This document shows positions 34,630-46,659 of a stretch of DNA of 64,000 nt, in pieces. The notes below the pieces were generated by a model that worked only from the letters and a program-made list of their open reading frames with translations, made no database searches and had not been told where the DNA came from. Source of the DNA: the human T2T-CHM13v2.0 reference genome, Homo sapiens; the NCBI RefSeq assembly GCF_009914755.1, contig NC_060928.1; one strand, given 5' to 3'. Each line of letters starts with the position of its first letter. Positions within the stretch are counted from its first letter, which is position 1. The position numbers and the translations under genes were made by a program.

Positions 34630-35891
34630 CAGCAGACGCTTGTTTACTGTAAAACTGATAAAACTTACCTCTCTGGGCCTCTCACTTGCACAATCTTACG
34701 GCCCTAACAGGGCCCTAGAAATGTTTTTTTTTTATTATTACAAAATTGAAAAGTATAAGATATTCTCACTGCAATTGGTTAATTCCACTGACACTTTCCA
34801 CTCCAGCTTTTCCTCTGTCACATTTCCCCTTTTGGTGGGTGGTGTTGGAAGAGCCACAAGCATTTTTGGGATTGGCTAAGGAAGATTTGAAGACACTTTT
34901 AGTTTGTTCTGGTGGAATTATTTACGTGGCTGGCAGTCATTTCCATGCATAGTTTAGTTAATGGTAGCAAGGTTCTATATGTTAGCAAATGGCAAAGCTA
35001 GGATTCACATCTGGCTTTGCCTACTCTATAATGTTCTTTATATTCTTGCTCTTTGCATGCTTTGTTATCCATCAGCAGACCTTTTTATGATTGTTCATCC
35101 TCAAGCTCTTGCCAGGATGTGATAGTATTTCCCTCCTCCTCTCTGACTCCAATACTTTTTTTTTTTTTTGCCTTTTTGTCTCTCCTATCTTACCTGCACC
35201 CTGTATCTTATCCAAATTGGACTCCTCACCTTTGCTGGAACATAGCTTTGCTCATTTTCTTCCCTTGGTCATTTATACTTTACTGGTTCTTATTTTTTTT
35301 ATTTGACACAAAACATTGACACTGACAATGTCATAAAACTCATATGTCACTACAAGGACAGCAATGACACATTAGTTAAGGAGTATCATAAATCTGAATA
35401 GTATTTACAGTTAATCACACACACACACACACACACACACCCTTCAAATCTTACAGCTCATATGTAAAAGAAAGATGAGAAAGGTTTTCTCAAATTTGAT
35501 AGCAGTTCTAAAAATTTGCATGACATTTCCAATAACAAGTTATGAAACTGAAGGAAAATTTTTCATCAATAAAAGCCACAAATTTTTATCGACCATTCTA
35601 GAAGAAAGTTTAATTATCTTTCTATCTTTTGTATGGATGTAATTAAAAAATTGTCATCATATAAAAAGGCAGTATGAATTATTATTTTTCCTGATGTTGT
35701 AATGTTTGTGACCATGTGTCAACTTTGTAAAATTTATAATTTGTTGTAATATTGTATTCTAAATAAATATTCACTTTTGTGAAAATAATATTTTACATAT
35801 TGTGTAAAATAATGTGCCCCACCCCCTTTTTTTAAGAGGACACCCTAAGTAATATAATTCTCAGGCCCCACAAAACTCAGAACTACCCCCG
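34630..35891 (+). mobile_element. Arthur1-like hAT-Tip100 DNA transposon (5' end 34630-34968, 3' end 35370-35891)
   Basis: gggcctctcacttgcac...gggccctagaaatg 5' end; ccaataacaagttatgaaactgaagg...gaagaaagtttaattatctttctatc resembles the hAT dimerisation domain; tcaggccccacaaaac 3' end. Confidence 0.7.
35416..35440. repeat. (CA)n microsatellite
   Basis: Direct reading. Confidence 0.95.
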
Positions 35892-35989
35892 ATTGCCAAT
35901 GAAGTATTTTACTAAAAAAAAGTGTGGTGTCAAGTTAAATGTGTGCCACTGAGGGTTTGTTCTTTTATTTCACAAGCCCAAAATATCAA

Positions 35990-36225
35990 TTACTTGCTAA
36001 GTTAATAAAAATTAGTATCTGGTAGAAAAGTCTTCTATGTTGTCTATTGTTATTTCTAAAGCCATGTATCCATATCCGCTTTTGATGTTTTCTCTCTTAA
36101 ACAAAAATTACTTGCTTAGTTAATAAAAATTAGTATCTGGTAGAAAATTCTTCTATGTTGTCTATTGTTATTTCTAAAGCCATGTATCCATATCCGCTTT
36201 CGATGTTTTCTCTCTTAAACAAAAA
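35990..36225. repeat. 118-bp tandem duplication (2 copies)
   Basis: Units 35990-36107 and 36108-36225, 3 mismatches. Confidence 0.97.
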
Positions 36226-36424
36226 CACTATGCTGAATGTGCAGCAAGTAGGTGTGGTGTAGTTATTGCTGATGCACAGACATCATAGACATTTCAAGTA
36301 AAAGGCAGCAACCTGAGAAGTTGCAATCCACTTGAGAAGTCATGATTAATACCAACATTTTTAAATTAGTAGTTGTCTAAACAAAAATTGTATAAATGCC
36401 ATGAAAATATACTTCCATTCTTAC

Positions 36425-37153
36425 TGAAACTGCCTTTGCAAAATTATAACTGAGGAAATTATGACAGTGAAAAAAAATCAGACCTAACCGACTCCATCTT
36501 GCTTCTAACCTTTAAGCTGTGCTTGTTCATTCTTGGGCATAGGCCGAGCTAACTTTGGGAAGGAATTCAGTTCATGGTTTGACTCTGAAACAAAATTGAT
36601 AACAGCCCTTTCCCAAAAAGACTCCCTTCTTGCCTGGTGACCAGTCTGCCTTTGCAGGACTAACCTATTAGCTACAAGGTTAGAAATTACAGTTTAGGGG
36701 TTATGCACCCTCTGGCTCCAAGTCTGAACCGCCCCACATTGCTTCTGGGGATAACATCACTATTGTAAAACCTAAGATTAGTGCTTGAGATATTTCGCAG
36801 ACCCTGCACTGGGGGATCAGCTGACACCACCCAGACGGTTAATCTCACTCAACCAGTTCTGCCGTTTCACTCAGGAAGGGAAGACAGCAAGAAAACCTCA
36901 CTTCAACCCCCTATGATTCCATCTCCAACCTGACCAATCAGCACTCCCCACTTCCCAAGCCCCTACCCACCAAATTATCTTTAAAAACTCTGATCCCCGA
37001 ATGCTCGGGGAGACTGACTTGAGTAATAATAAAACTCCGGTCTCCCGCACAGCCGGCTCTGTGTGAATTACTCTTTCTCCATTGCAATTCCCCTGTCTTG
37101 ATAAATCGGTTCTGTCTAGGCAGAGGGCAAGGTGAACCCACTGGGTGATTACA
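36425..37153 (+). mobile_element. ERV1 solo LTR8 (LTR8A-sized)
   Basis: tgaaactgcctttgcaaaattataactgag...gggtgattaca; 729 bp; 4-bp TSD ttac 36421-36424 / 37154-37157; aataaa at ~37028. Confidence 0.92.
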
Positions 37154-38135
37154 TTACTACTCTCCCTAGACAACTGACTGACTCTTTGGATGGCTGTATA
37201 CTAATAGCTAACATTATAAGAAAAAGGAAAAATCCTTACTTAAACAAAAAAATAGGACCAGGAAACAAAGGAAAGTAAAGATGAATAATTAAATATTATA
37301 TATATGGGAAAACAATCTTTAAAAAATGTATGCTTTTATATAAATATATATTTATATACATTTATTACAATCTTATTGATATAAAAGGTGTTCAGCAAAC
37401 CATTTAGAAATAATAGTAAAATATATGACATCACTTAAAATTTTATATAGCCAATTCATTCTCACAGAATGAGTGTTTTCTTTGATTTTTACCTAACTCC
37501 TGTTTCTGTAGCCAAACCTATGGCTGCAACTGATAAGCATGTGTAGTTTGGATATAAATGAAGTTTTCATTTATGTATGAAATGAGGAAGGCATTTGTTA
37601 GAACTTCAGTTCTTTGCCAATTATGTAATAATTTGAATACAAAGATTCATGGCCATCTTAAAAAAATAGCCAGTTAAACACCGAACTCCAGCAGATTCTG
37701 TATTTGAGAATACTATTCTTGATTATTAAAGGAAAATGTAAATTTGAGAAGTAAATGGATTTTATTTACTAGGAGCATGAAAATGTACTACAAACCTTTT
37801 CCCCCTAGTTTCCATTCTCAACCTTATTTTCTGCATCTTGGAGGCCTTCCCAGTAGATCAAATATGATACATCTCTAAATCAGGTTCTTGTGCCTCATCT
37901 TGAGCATTAAAAACAAGACAAGATTTAGAAAATAAAAATTTTAATAACAAGTACCCTGGAAGGAAGAAAGGAAGGGATTGAAGGAGAATGAGAGGGAAGA
38001 AGGAAGGAAAAAGAAAAAGATGCCAAGTGTTAGACAAGAATTCTGCGACAAGAACAGAATGCCTTAAAAAATAGTCAAGAATTGGTGACTATTTCAAAAC
38101 TCTAAAGTAAACTTGGGCGTTGGAGTTGGTATCTA

Positions 38136-38156
38136 TGACCTCATTTCAGTAGGTCA
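38136..38156. promoter_or_regulatory. Candidate nuclear receptor everted repeat ER9 (TGACCT-n9-AGGTCA)
   Basis: Two perfect half-sites in non-repeat, CpG-retaining sequence; function is inference only. Confidence 0.35.
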
Positions 38157-38779
38157 GTTCCTATGCGGAGGAGCAGAGCTGATGTCCGGATGGAAGCACC
38201 TGATTCGGTTGACAAGTTCAATCAGAGGTCCCAGGCAGTCGACCTTACGCTTCCTGTGGCCTTACAAATGCCCCACTCAAGACACCTGTCAGGCAGGCCA
38301 AACTTATTTAAAACATTTTTTAGACATGAGACATTCTCAAAGATGAGAACTAACTACTCATTTTAGCTGTCTTGATTAGACACTAATTAACCATTTTGGT
38401 TGGCAACCTTCAACTCAATTCTGCTGAACAGAGTGCTCTGAAGTAAACATTTTGTTAAAACACGTCAACAAGATAAGCCATGTCAGCAGTGACATATGCT
38501 CTATTCTATTTTCCTCTCTATCCAGGTTTTTTGTTTTTGGCTTTGTGGAGACACCAACTTGCTACTCTTGGTTCAGTGTCCTAAGTGGCAACCTAGGATC
38601 TCAGTAACATTAATGCAACTTCAAAAAATAACTCACTCCTCCAAAATCTCTTAGACTTTCAGAAGATGGTAAAATGTTCCTTCTCTGTGATGTGTAGTGG
38701 GTGTATGATGTTTTCTATATGTTTAAGAATGTGTTTCTGTGTCAACGAATATTTTAAAAGAATAAAAATTACAGTAGTT

Positions 38780-38880
38780 ACAGTGTTTCAGCTGAAAAAT
38801 TATGAGAACTGAAGAATTAAAAATTAAGGCCCAAGGTGACCCACAAAATCAGCATGGCAGAGCAAAAACTAGAATCTGAA
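38780..38880 (-). mobile_element. MIR fragment
   Basis: gcccaaggtgacccac...ggcagagcaaaaactagaatc. Confidence 0.45.
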
Positions 38881-39076
38881 TTGAGCTTATTCCTAGCTTT
38901 GCTTTCAGAGTCTGAGGAGTCATCATATGGGATATATAATCTATGTCCCTTTAGGGAATACATTATATGGCCAAGTTTTCACCCTAGACTTTCCAGTGAT
39001 ATTTTAAAAAGTCATTTTCACTTTCCTCCTGGCTTCACAAAAAATCTTTATTATTATTCCAATTATTAAAAGTTGA

Positions 39077-39378
39077 GGCCGGGCACAGTGGCTCATGCCT
39101 ACAATCCTAGCACTTTGGGAGGCAAGGCGGGTGGATTGCCTGAGCTCAGGAGTTCTGGACCAGCCTGGGCAACATTGTGAAACCGTGTCTCTACTAAAAA
39201 TACAAACAATTAGCCCGGCATGGTGGTGCACGCCTGTAATCCCAGCTACTCAGGAGGCTGAGGCAGGAGAATCGCTTGAACTGGGGAGGCAGAGACAGCA
39301 GCAAGCCCAGATCATGCCACTGCCCTCCAGCCTGGATGGCAGAGTGAGACTCTGTCTCAAAAAAATAAAATAAACAAA
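39077..39378 (+). mobile_element. AluS (Sz-like)
   Basis: Full dimer; TSD taaaagttg 39067-39075 / 39379-39387. Confidence 0.95.
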
Positions 39379-41954
39379 TAAAAGTTGGGCACTTTATGTT
39401 AATAATTTTTTGCATGAGATTTAGAAGTGCTAAATTGATAACCAGCAGTTTATTTCTCTAATGTTTAAAGACAGTAAATGACTAAACATTTTGCGGCCCT
39501 TGCATCCATTGGATTGCTTCCAAAAAAAAAAGACAAAGAAAAGAGAATGTAACCTGCTAAATCAACACGTCTCTGGAGGTCAGATGAGAGCTGTTGTGAG
39601 ATCCTGTCTCATGAAGCAATTTAAGAGAATAGAGCAAAAGTTAGAAGGAGCCAGGCTGCAACTTTCTTATAGTCCAAGCAGCCCGGAATGGAAGACACAT
39701 CCTTAGCAAATCAGGCAACAGGAAATGCCAAATCATGCGTAGATGCCTGCTGGGCTGATAAAGTCAATCCGAATATGACACCAAGAAAGAAGAGAAGAGT
39801 AACCCACTTGGTCTGAGGTTGGAGAAGACATGCTCCATATGGCTTGGGTGGTAGAAATGGAGTCATTGAATTCATAGAAGAAAGACATATCTGAAAGGCC
39901 CTCCTATTATTAGAACTACCAAAACTTATATTACACATCTAAATTTCATTCATAGGTAGTCAGAGACCCTGGAACCATGGAATCTCTGGATCTGGGTTCA
40001 GAACAGGGGAGTAATATCAAGGGAGCCTAACTGAGAATAAATGAAATGTTTTGAGTTTCTCATTTTTCCCCTTAACCCCTCTCTAGTCCCTCTTCATTCC
40101 TTTCCTTTTCTTTTGATTCTGGTGCAAAGAAGAAACAAATCAAAGTGATAGATTGTTCAAATGACCTATCAATAATAAGGTAGTATGCTTTAAAAGAGTC
40201 TGCAGTTTACAAGCCAAAGTTCTATAGAATATGAAACCAAAGGAGGAAATAAAGCTCAAATTCAAAAGTGGTTGGATGACGGAATTTGAAGCACACTGGG
40301 TAGCGGCCCCAGCTTTTATTTTATCCTATTCGACTATGGGTCCAGTGTTGCCTTAGTAGCTTAAGGCTAAAATCCTTGAGCTGACTAGACAAGTGACTCC
40401 TTTATTAGCAAGGTACCTTTCCCATTTTTGCATTACAGACATCTTGAGAATACCATGAAAGCTTCTGATCCCTAGTTCACCACAATACATATATTCATTT
40501 ACACACAAAATTGGGCATGCATTCTCTGTAAAATTCAAAGACCACTGCTTATAAAGTGCTATAAACAATATTGGTGCAAAACAATTTTTAAAGCCAACAT
40601 GAAACCAGGAAATAAGCAACTACAACTCAGTTGAAACAAGAGTATTAAACTATTCACACCATAAAGAAAAAGCCATCAAGTAGTACCCTAGTTGCCCTCC
40701 TGGCTGCTGGAGAAAAGTGTTAGGCATAATTTGCACTTGTGAGCCTCTTGGCCCTCAAAGAGATGGTTTGAATTGTATACCTTTAATTTCCCACAACATC
40801 TGATGATATAAAGTCCAGAAAATTAATGAGAAGAAGGGCTTGTTGCTGTTTGATGATTAGAACAAATACAGTTCGCTGTCAGCTAGCACAAGGCAACTTT
40901 GTCCCTGCAGAGTAGCCCTAGTAACAGACAAAAATACAGTGCCAAATTAGGGGGCTAAATTCCAGACTGGAGAGTAGGCGGCTCCTTCCAGAACTCCTTT
41001 TTGCCTTATTGGACATGGATGAAGGAAAGAAAGGAAAACTTCTGCCTCCTAGTTACTCTGTGGGGAAGTCTGAGATTCCCTTTACCTGAGAAGGAAAGTC
41101 AGTTGGCCAGATCACTCCCCTCTGGACAGAGTCCTCATGGCCTCACCCAACTTTTCCACTTACAGTCTTATTTTGGTTTAATTTGGAACACGAGACCAAC
41201 AGTATTTTTGACCAATGATAAAATACAAGTGGGCAGTTTGGTTTTAAAATGTCAGTTCACATGAAGATTTTACAGTTGTCCTTATAAGTGAAGTAGAATT
41301 TTCCCTCAAATGACATAGGAGTTTTAAAGTGGACAGGAGAGATTGAAAAAGCATGCATGAGAGCTCTCATCATTCCTTGTCTTCTATTTTAGGACAAATA
41401 TCAGAATAGATAATTCATGTGAGCAGGTGAAGTTACTCCTAGGCTTGGCGAAGCATCTGTTATTATGGTAGAAGTTTTTTTTTTTTTTTCTGAGAGAGTG
41501 AAAAAAAGCACTGTAATTTCATTTTCTGTTAATTCTTCCTTTAATACAGAAAAAATAAAATATAATTTCTTCCTTCAATACAGAAAAAAATAAAATCTAG
41601 CAGAGCCAGAATCTTTCCCTAGTACCTCCTCAATAATGAACCACTTTGAAAGTCTGATGTATTTTCTATTTGGGTGTCAGGCTATATTAGCTCAAAATCT
41701 GAATATAAGAGCAATTGTGCTAGGTCACACTCAGATGTAATCCAACTCTTATCCAGTAAAAATGGAAATTCCCTAGGTGTGCTAATAATTACAATATTTG
41801 AGGTAAATTAGCAGGAATTCTTGCATACATGGTACTAATTATCTTTTACTAGCAAACATCTTGACTGGTTTTCAAGTTTTATAATTGTATTTTCTATAGG
41901 CATAGCACTATATATTTTTTCAAAGTGTTTTAGCATACATAATTCTTGGGGTAA

Positions 41955-42095
41955 GCTTGTAAGCAGCTAAGGCACTTATTATCCTATTTTTCTGGTGAGT
42001 ACATGGAAACCCAAGGAAGAGATATGACTTCACTTACTCAAGATTATTTAGAGACATGACAGCAACATTAGTTCTTTTGACTTACTGTTCAAGTG
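41955..42095 (-). mobile_element. MIR fragment
   Basis: ttattatcctatttttctggtgag...atgacttcacttactcaagat resembles the MIR core. Confidence 0.45.
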
Positions 42096-42479
42096 CAAAG
42101 CACACTTGCTGTCTCTCCTTCTTACTGTATTATGGCTGTACAGTTCTCCAGGCCTTTAGACACAGGACCAAGAGAGTATTTGGTTTCTTCTCTTCATGCT
42201 CTGGCTTCTCTTTTTAATACTTCAAAGCTCAGGAGAGATTTTTCCTAATTTCAAGCTGCACTTTCTGTTTCTCATGTGAACAAAAAATAGTTCTGCTAGA
42301 TTTGACTGGTTGTACTGTAGGAAAATTCATTCTACTTGTAGAGCACAGCACATATTCTTAACACAGAACATATTAATGCCTTTGATTTCACTGACTGTCA
42401 TACAATTACCAAGGTTCTAAGACAGAAATCAGAATTTACTATTTTTACCTTTTTTTTTTTAATAAACAAGGGAGCATTT

Positions 42480-43565
42480 TGACCACTACCATCTTTCTCT
42501 TGAACTATTGCTTCTGAACTACCTGGCATCACTCATTTTTTCTATAGTTTATTCTTCAAAAAGGTGAAGACTTTTAAAAATCTTTTAAAAACTTAATTCA
42601 ACTTGTGTCATTTCCCTACCCAAAACCATCCAATGACTTTTCATTATACTTCAGGGACATCCAACTTTGTAACAAGACCCTGGAGATCCTAAATGATCAG
42701 GCTCCTGTATTGATTAACCATTGCCACAATAATGTTGCATTAAAAACAACCACAAACACAAGGACTATAGTCATTTATTCTCACAAATCTGTGAATTGGC
42801 TAAGTGGATTTGCTGTAGCCAGCCATTCCGGGGGCAGGACTGCTCAGGCTGCAGCAGTTCAGAAGACTTTCTCCCCATGCTTCTCTCCTCCTTCTCCTGG
42901 GAACAGTGGACTAGCTGTGGTAGAGTGAAACTGTGCCACACCTCTTAAAGCCCCCAGTCAGAACTGGCATCCTGTTGTCTTTGCCATTTCTTTTGCCACT
43001 GGCCAAAGAACATCAAGGGGATGATCCCAAAGTCAAGGAACAAGAAATACATTTCATGATTGATGAGATAGTGACAGTGAAAAATTCAACTTTATCTTCT
43101 AATACTTTCTTCTACTTCAGTCTCCTCTACCCAGATGGATTTTCATTGCTGTTCAAGTGTACAAGGCTTATCTCAACTCCAGAACACTCGCCCTTAACTA
43201 TTTCGTCTTCCTAGAATGAGTTTCTGCCAGATATTCTGTGATTCATTCTCTCATTGCATCTAGATACCACCTATTGCCAGCCCTTCTGGGAGTTCTTCCC
43301 CAATTGGCTTATCTATCTGATGAAATAGTTCCCACACCTACCACTCAAGTGCACACCCCATCATTCTTCATCCTGTTATCCTGCTTTAATTTTCCTAGGG
43401 GAGTTATTCAAAGCATTTCCAAATAAATTGTGTTATTGTCATGTGTCTCCACCATTCTACTTCAAGTTCCTTGAGGGAATATATTTTGTCTTTATTGTTC
43501 ACCAGTATACCCCCACTGCCAAGGACGGTGCCTGGTACATAGAATCAGTTGAATGAGTAAATGAG
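42480..43565 (+). mobile_element. L2a 3' region interrupted by an MLT1 LTR
   Basis: aaaccatccaatgacttttcatt...; 3' end gacggtgcctggtacatagaatcagttgaatgagtaaatga. Confidence 0.75.
42706..43060 (-). mobile_element. Old MLT1 (H/I/J-like) LTR
   Basis: tgtattgattaaccattgccacaataatgttgc...cagaactggca...ctggccaaag...cccaaagtcaagg. Confidence 0.65.
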
Positions 43566-45602
43566 AGCCATTACTATTACAGTCGAAAATGGGCTACTCA
43601 AATGCAAGCCTATTCATCACAAGGTCTAGTCATCAAGCCTAGGGATAAGAAGTTCCCTTATAAATTTTTCTCTCCAAGAAGATGCAGATGCAGCCCAGGC
43701 CCTAGAAGAATTCTATATCCCATGGAGCCTTATTATATATTTGGCCATAGAATGATCATAGCATTTTAAATTAAGAAACCACAAATGAGGATGCCACAGA
43801 GGAACATCAGAGCATTCTGCTAAAAAGACGCCACATGCAGAAAAGCTCTCTCAGTCCTGCCAATAAAGAAGACCCCTCATCTGACTGCTAATTCTGCAGG
43901 CAGGCTAGCACTATCTTATATTTCCTCTTCACTGACAGAATCAAGAAAAAGAAATGAGATGTGAATTTTACCTGGACCCGGTAAAGGCCTCAAGCAGCAC
44001 ACTTTGGGGCATGATGCCAGCTCAAGTGAGGCCCAAGAAGAGCTATGTGGGCCTTCAGCGTCTCTAGTTCACACTAATGGGCCTCGCAAGACCATGTTTG
44101 GCTTAAAGGAAGCCATTAATGAACTTCAGATTTTACCTGCACAGATTTAGTTTAAAAATGTTTCCTTAAAATTTTACAGGGAGTTTAGTTCTTGTGACAT
44201 TTTCAGAAATGGGAGCCAGGCTTTTGTTTGAAAACATAGTGAGATGCCTGCAGTAATAACAATAATGGCCATAGCAATAATAGAAGCAATTGGAAGGTAA
44301 AAGATATGAAACTACAGGCTCCACCAGGTTAATTTGGACATTTCTTTATAAAATTTAAGGGCTGCTAAGACACAATTATGATCAACTCTCTTGGAATGTG
44401 CTGCATATTCTCAGTGGGATTTTTTATTATTATTATTTCTTGGTGATGGAAAGGAGGGGGAAGGCAGAATGGTGCTGAAACTTTCCACCACTGCTTTCTC
44501 CTTCTCATTCAGCACAGCTTTTTAAAAACTCAATTCCAACAAAAAAAATACTCATGTCAGCATATTCTTCAAGGAAAAATAAGGTCCTGCTCTGTCTTCA
44601 TGTTCACACTTGCATGTGGGAAATATCCAGCAGAACAGGTATGTGCCAAAGTCTTCATAGAAAAAAAATGGTCCTTTCCTCCCTTTCCTTCCTCTAACTT
44701 TTCTGAAACATACAACAGGAGAAACAGATGTGGAATACAGTAATGAACATACACCTTTGTCATCTAACGTTCTGAATTTTAGGTTTTCAACAGAACTTGA
44801 ACTTTAAGGCTGTGCAGATATAATAGGATTTCCAGGTTTCAATAAGGTGGAGGAGGTGGTAGGGGTAGTGGGAGTTAGTACTAAAAAAGAGTGAATACCA
44901 GAAACTCATGAAAATTCTTGGACATTGAACCACTCTCATAAAATAATGCTGTGCCGAGTTATATGTAAATGAGCCAGAAACATGCAGATTAAATATCCAT
45001 TAAAGACACTGGGATTTAAAAATCAAGAAGGGAAATGTTCTGAATATATTGTGCTTTAGGAAGTATTTTGGATAAAATATTTCGGAAAAAATACTTTGGG
45101 GATTTTTTGGCTAAACCTAATACCTGGCCATAGTGTTCTTCTTGCTGAGGGTTATCAGAAAGGGAAAAAGTGAACTCTATTTTCCAGATTGTGGGTGGCC
45201 TGCAAAAAAAGTCCAAAGAGAAACACTAGTATGGCCTAGAAATAACCCAAAGAATCCAAGAAATTGTCTCTTTATATCCGGAAAATAAGGCCTTTGAGAG
45301 AAGTGGCTCATTCATATTTGTATTCCAGCATTTAGCACCTGCATGAAAAGAATGAATAAAATATTGAATAAATTAGTGAGCAAATGAATGAATCAGTGAG
45401 TGAAGACAGAAGGAGACACTACTCTAAATAATTCTGTATAAAGCATGCTTTCTGCTTCACAATTTTACATTATAATGTTCAGCTAGTAACATCTCTGAGT
45501 ATGTGCAGAATTTTCATGCATAAAAGGAATGAAAAGCTTATCTTATCATTAGAGTTGAGATTTAGACCATGTGCAGTGAAAAAGACTCAGACCAAGAACT
45601 CA

Positions 45603-46038
45603 TTTTTTAATTTTTTTAAAATTGATGGAAAAAATTTTTTTATTTTTTTAAATTGATGGATAAAATTGTATGTGTTTACTATGCATAAAATATTGTTTTG
45701 AAACAGGCAGACATTGTGGAATGATGAACTAGCTGATTAACTTATGTATCGCCTCACATAGTTATCATTTTCGTGGTGAAAACACTTTACATCCACTCTG
45801 TCAGCATTTTTCAGGAATATAATATATTGTTTACTATAGTTACCATGTAGTACAATGGCTCTCTTAAACTTATTTCTCCTATCTAACTGAAAGTTTGTAT
45901 CCTTTGACCAACATCTCCCCAACACCAACCCCTCAACCATTTCAGTCCCTAGTAACCATCATTCTACTCTCTACTTCTGTAAGATCAACTTTTTTGGACT
46001 CCACGCATGAGTGAGATCATGTGGTATTTGTCTTTCTG
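45603..46038 (-). mobile_element. L1MA8/9-type 3' end
   Basis: aaattgatggataaaattgtatgtg...catgagtgagatcatgtggtatttgtctttctg. Confidence 0.85.
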
Positions 46039-46394
46039 GGCCCCTTCCTTTGTTAGTCAAGGCCAAGTTTACTTATCAGCACCTTGGTTTACTTATCTAT
46101 ACAGCAGAGCTACAAGAGATGAACTGCCACACAATGTATCAATTCTTCCTGCATTTTAAAAATGATCATCATTACTACCACATGAGGTTTAAACTTTAAG
46201 GCTCTTGATTATTTGTTCCTATTACTCTTCAACATTTAACCTTTAGTACTAGCCAGTTAGCCTCATTAATAGGGCATAAAATTGCTGTATTAGAGTAAAA
46301 ACACCCAGAAAGATCAATGATATGTACTAATCCGCAAACTCTCTTCCTCCCACAAGTTCAAAATGTTTCTGTCATCCAGAGCTCACTCCAAGTA

Positions 46395-46597
46395 CTCTGA
46401 ACTCCCACAGCACTCTACACCCGGGGCATATGGTTCAGTGCTATGTCATACTACTCGTTACTCATTATCATTTGCACTGGTCTTTTATCAGTTGCTAAAA
46501 TCTAAGTTTATTCAGGGCAGGTCTTTGCCTCTTATAGTTGTCTTGTGCCCCCCACAGCACACAAGCACAAAGTAGGTGCTCGCTGAATGCTTGATGA
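46395..46597 (+). mobile_element. L2 3' end
   Basis: cagggcaggtctttgcctc...cacaaagtaggtgctcgctgaatgcttgatga. Confidence 0.6.
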
Positions 46598-46659
46598 TTT
46601 AGACACATGCAGTTAAACCAAGAATGACCAAAAGATCGGAAAGGGGCTATCAGTGGATT

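Noticed and set aside
39711-39938. 75-aa minus-strand ORF with a hydrophobic, signal-peptide-like stretch
   Set aside because: The hydrophobic run is the antisense of a purine-rich tract; no homology recognised.
41531-41596. ~33-bp AT-rich tandem duplication (also 45603-45660)
   Set aside because: Common slippage product with no further signal.
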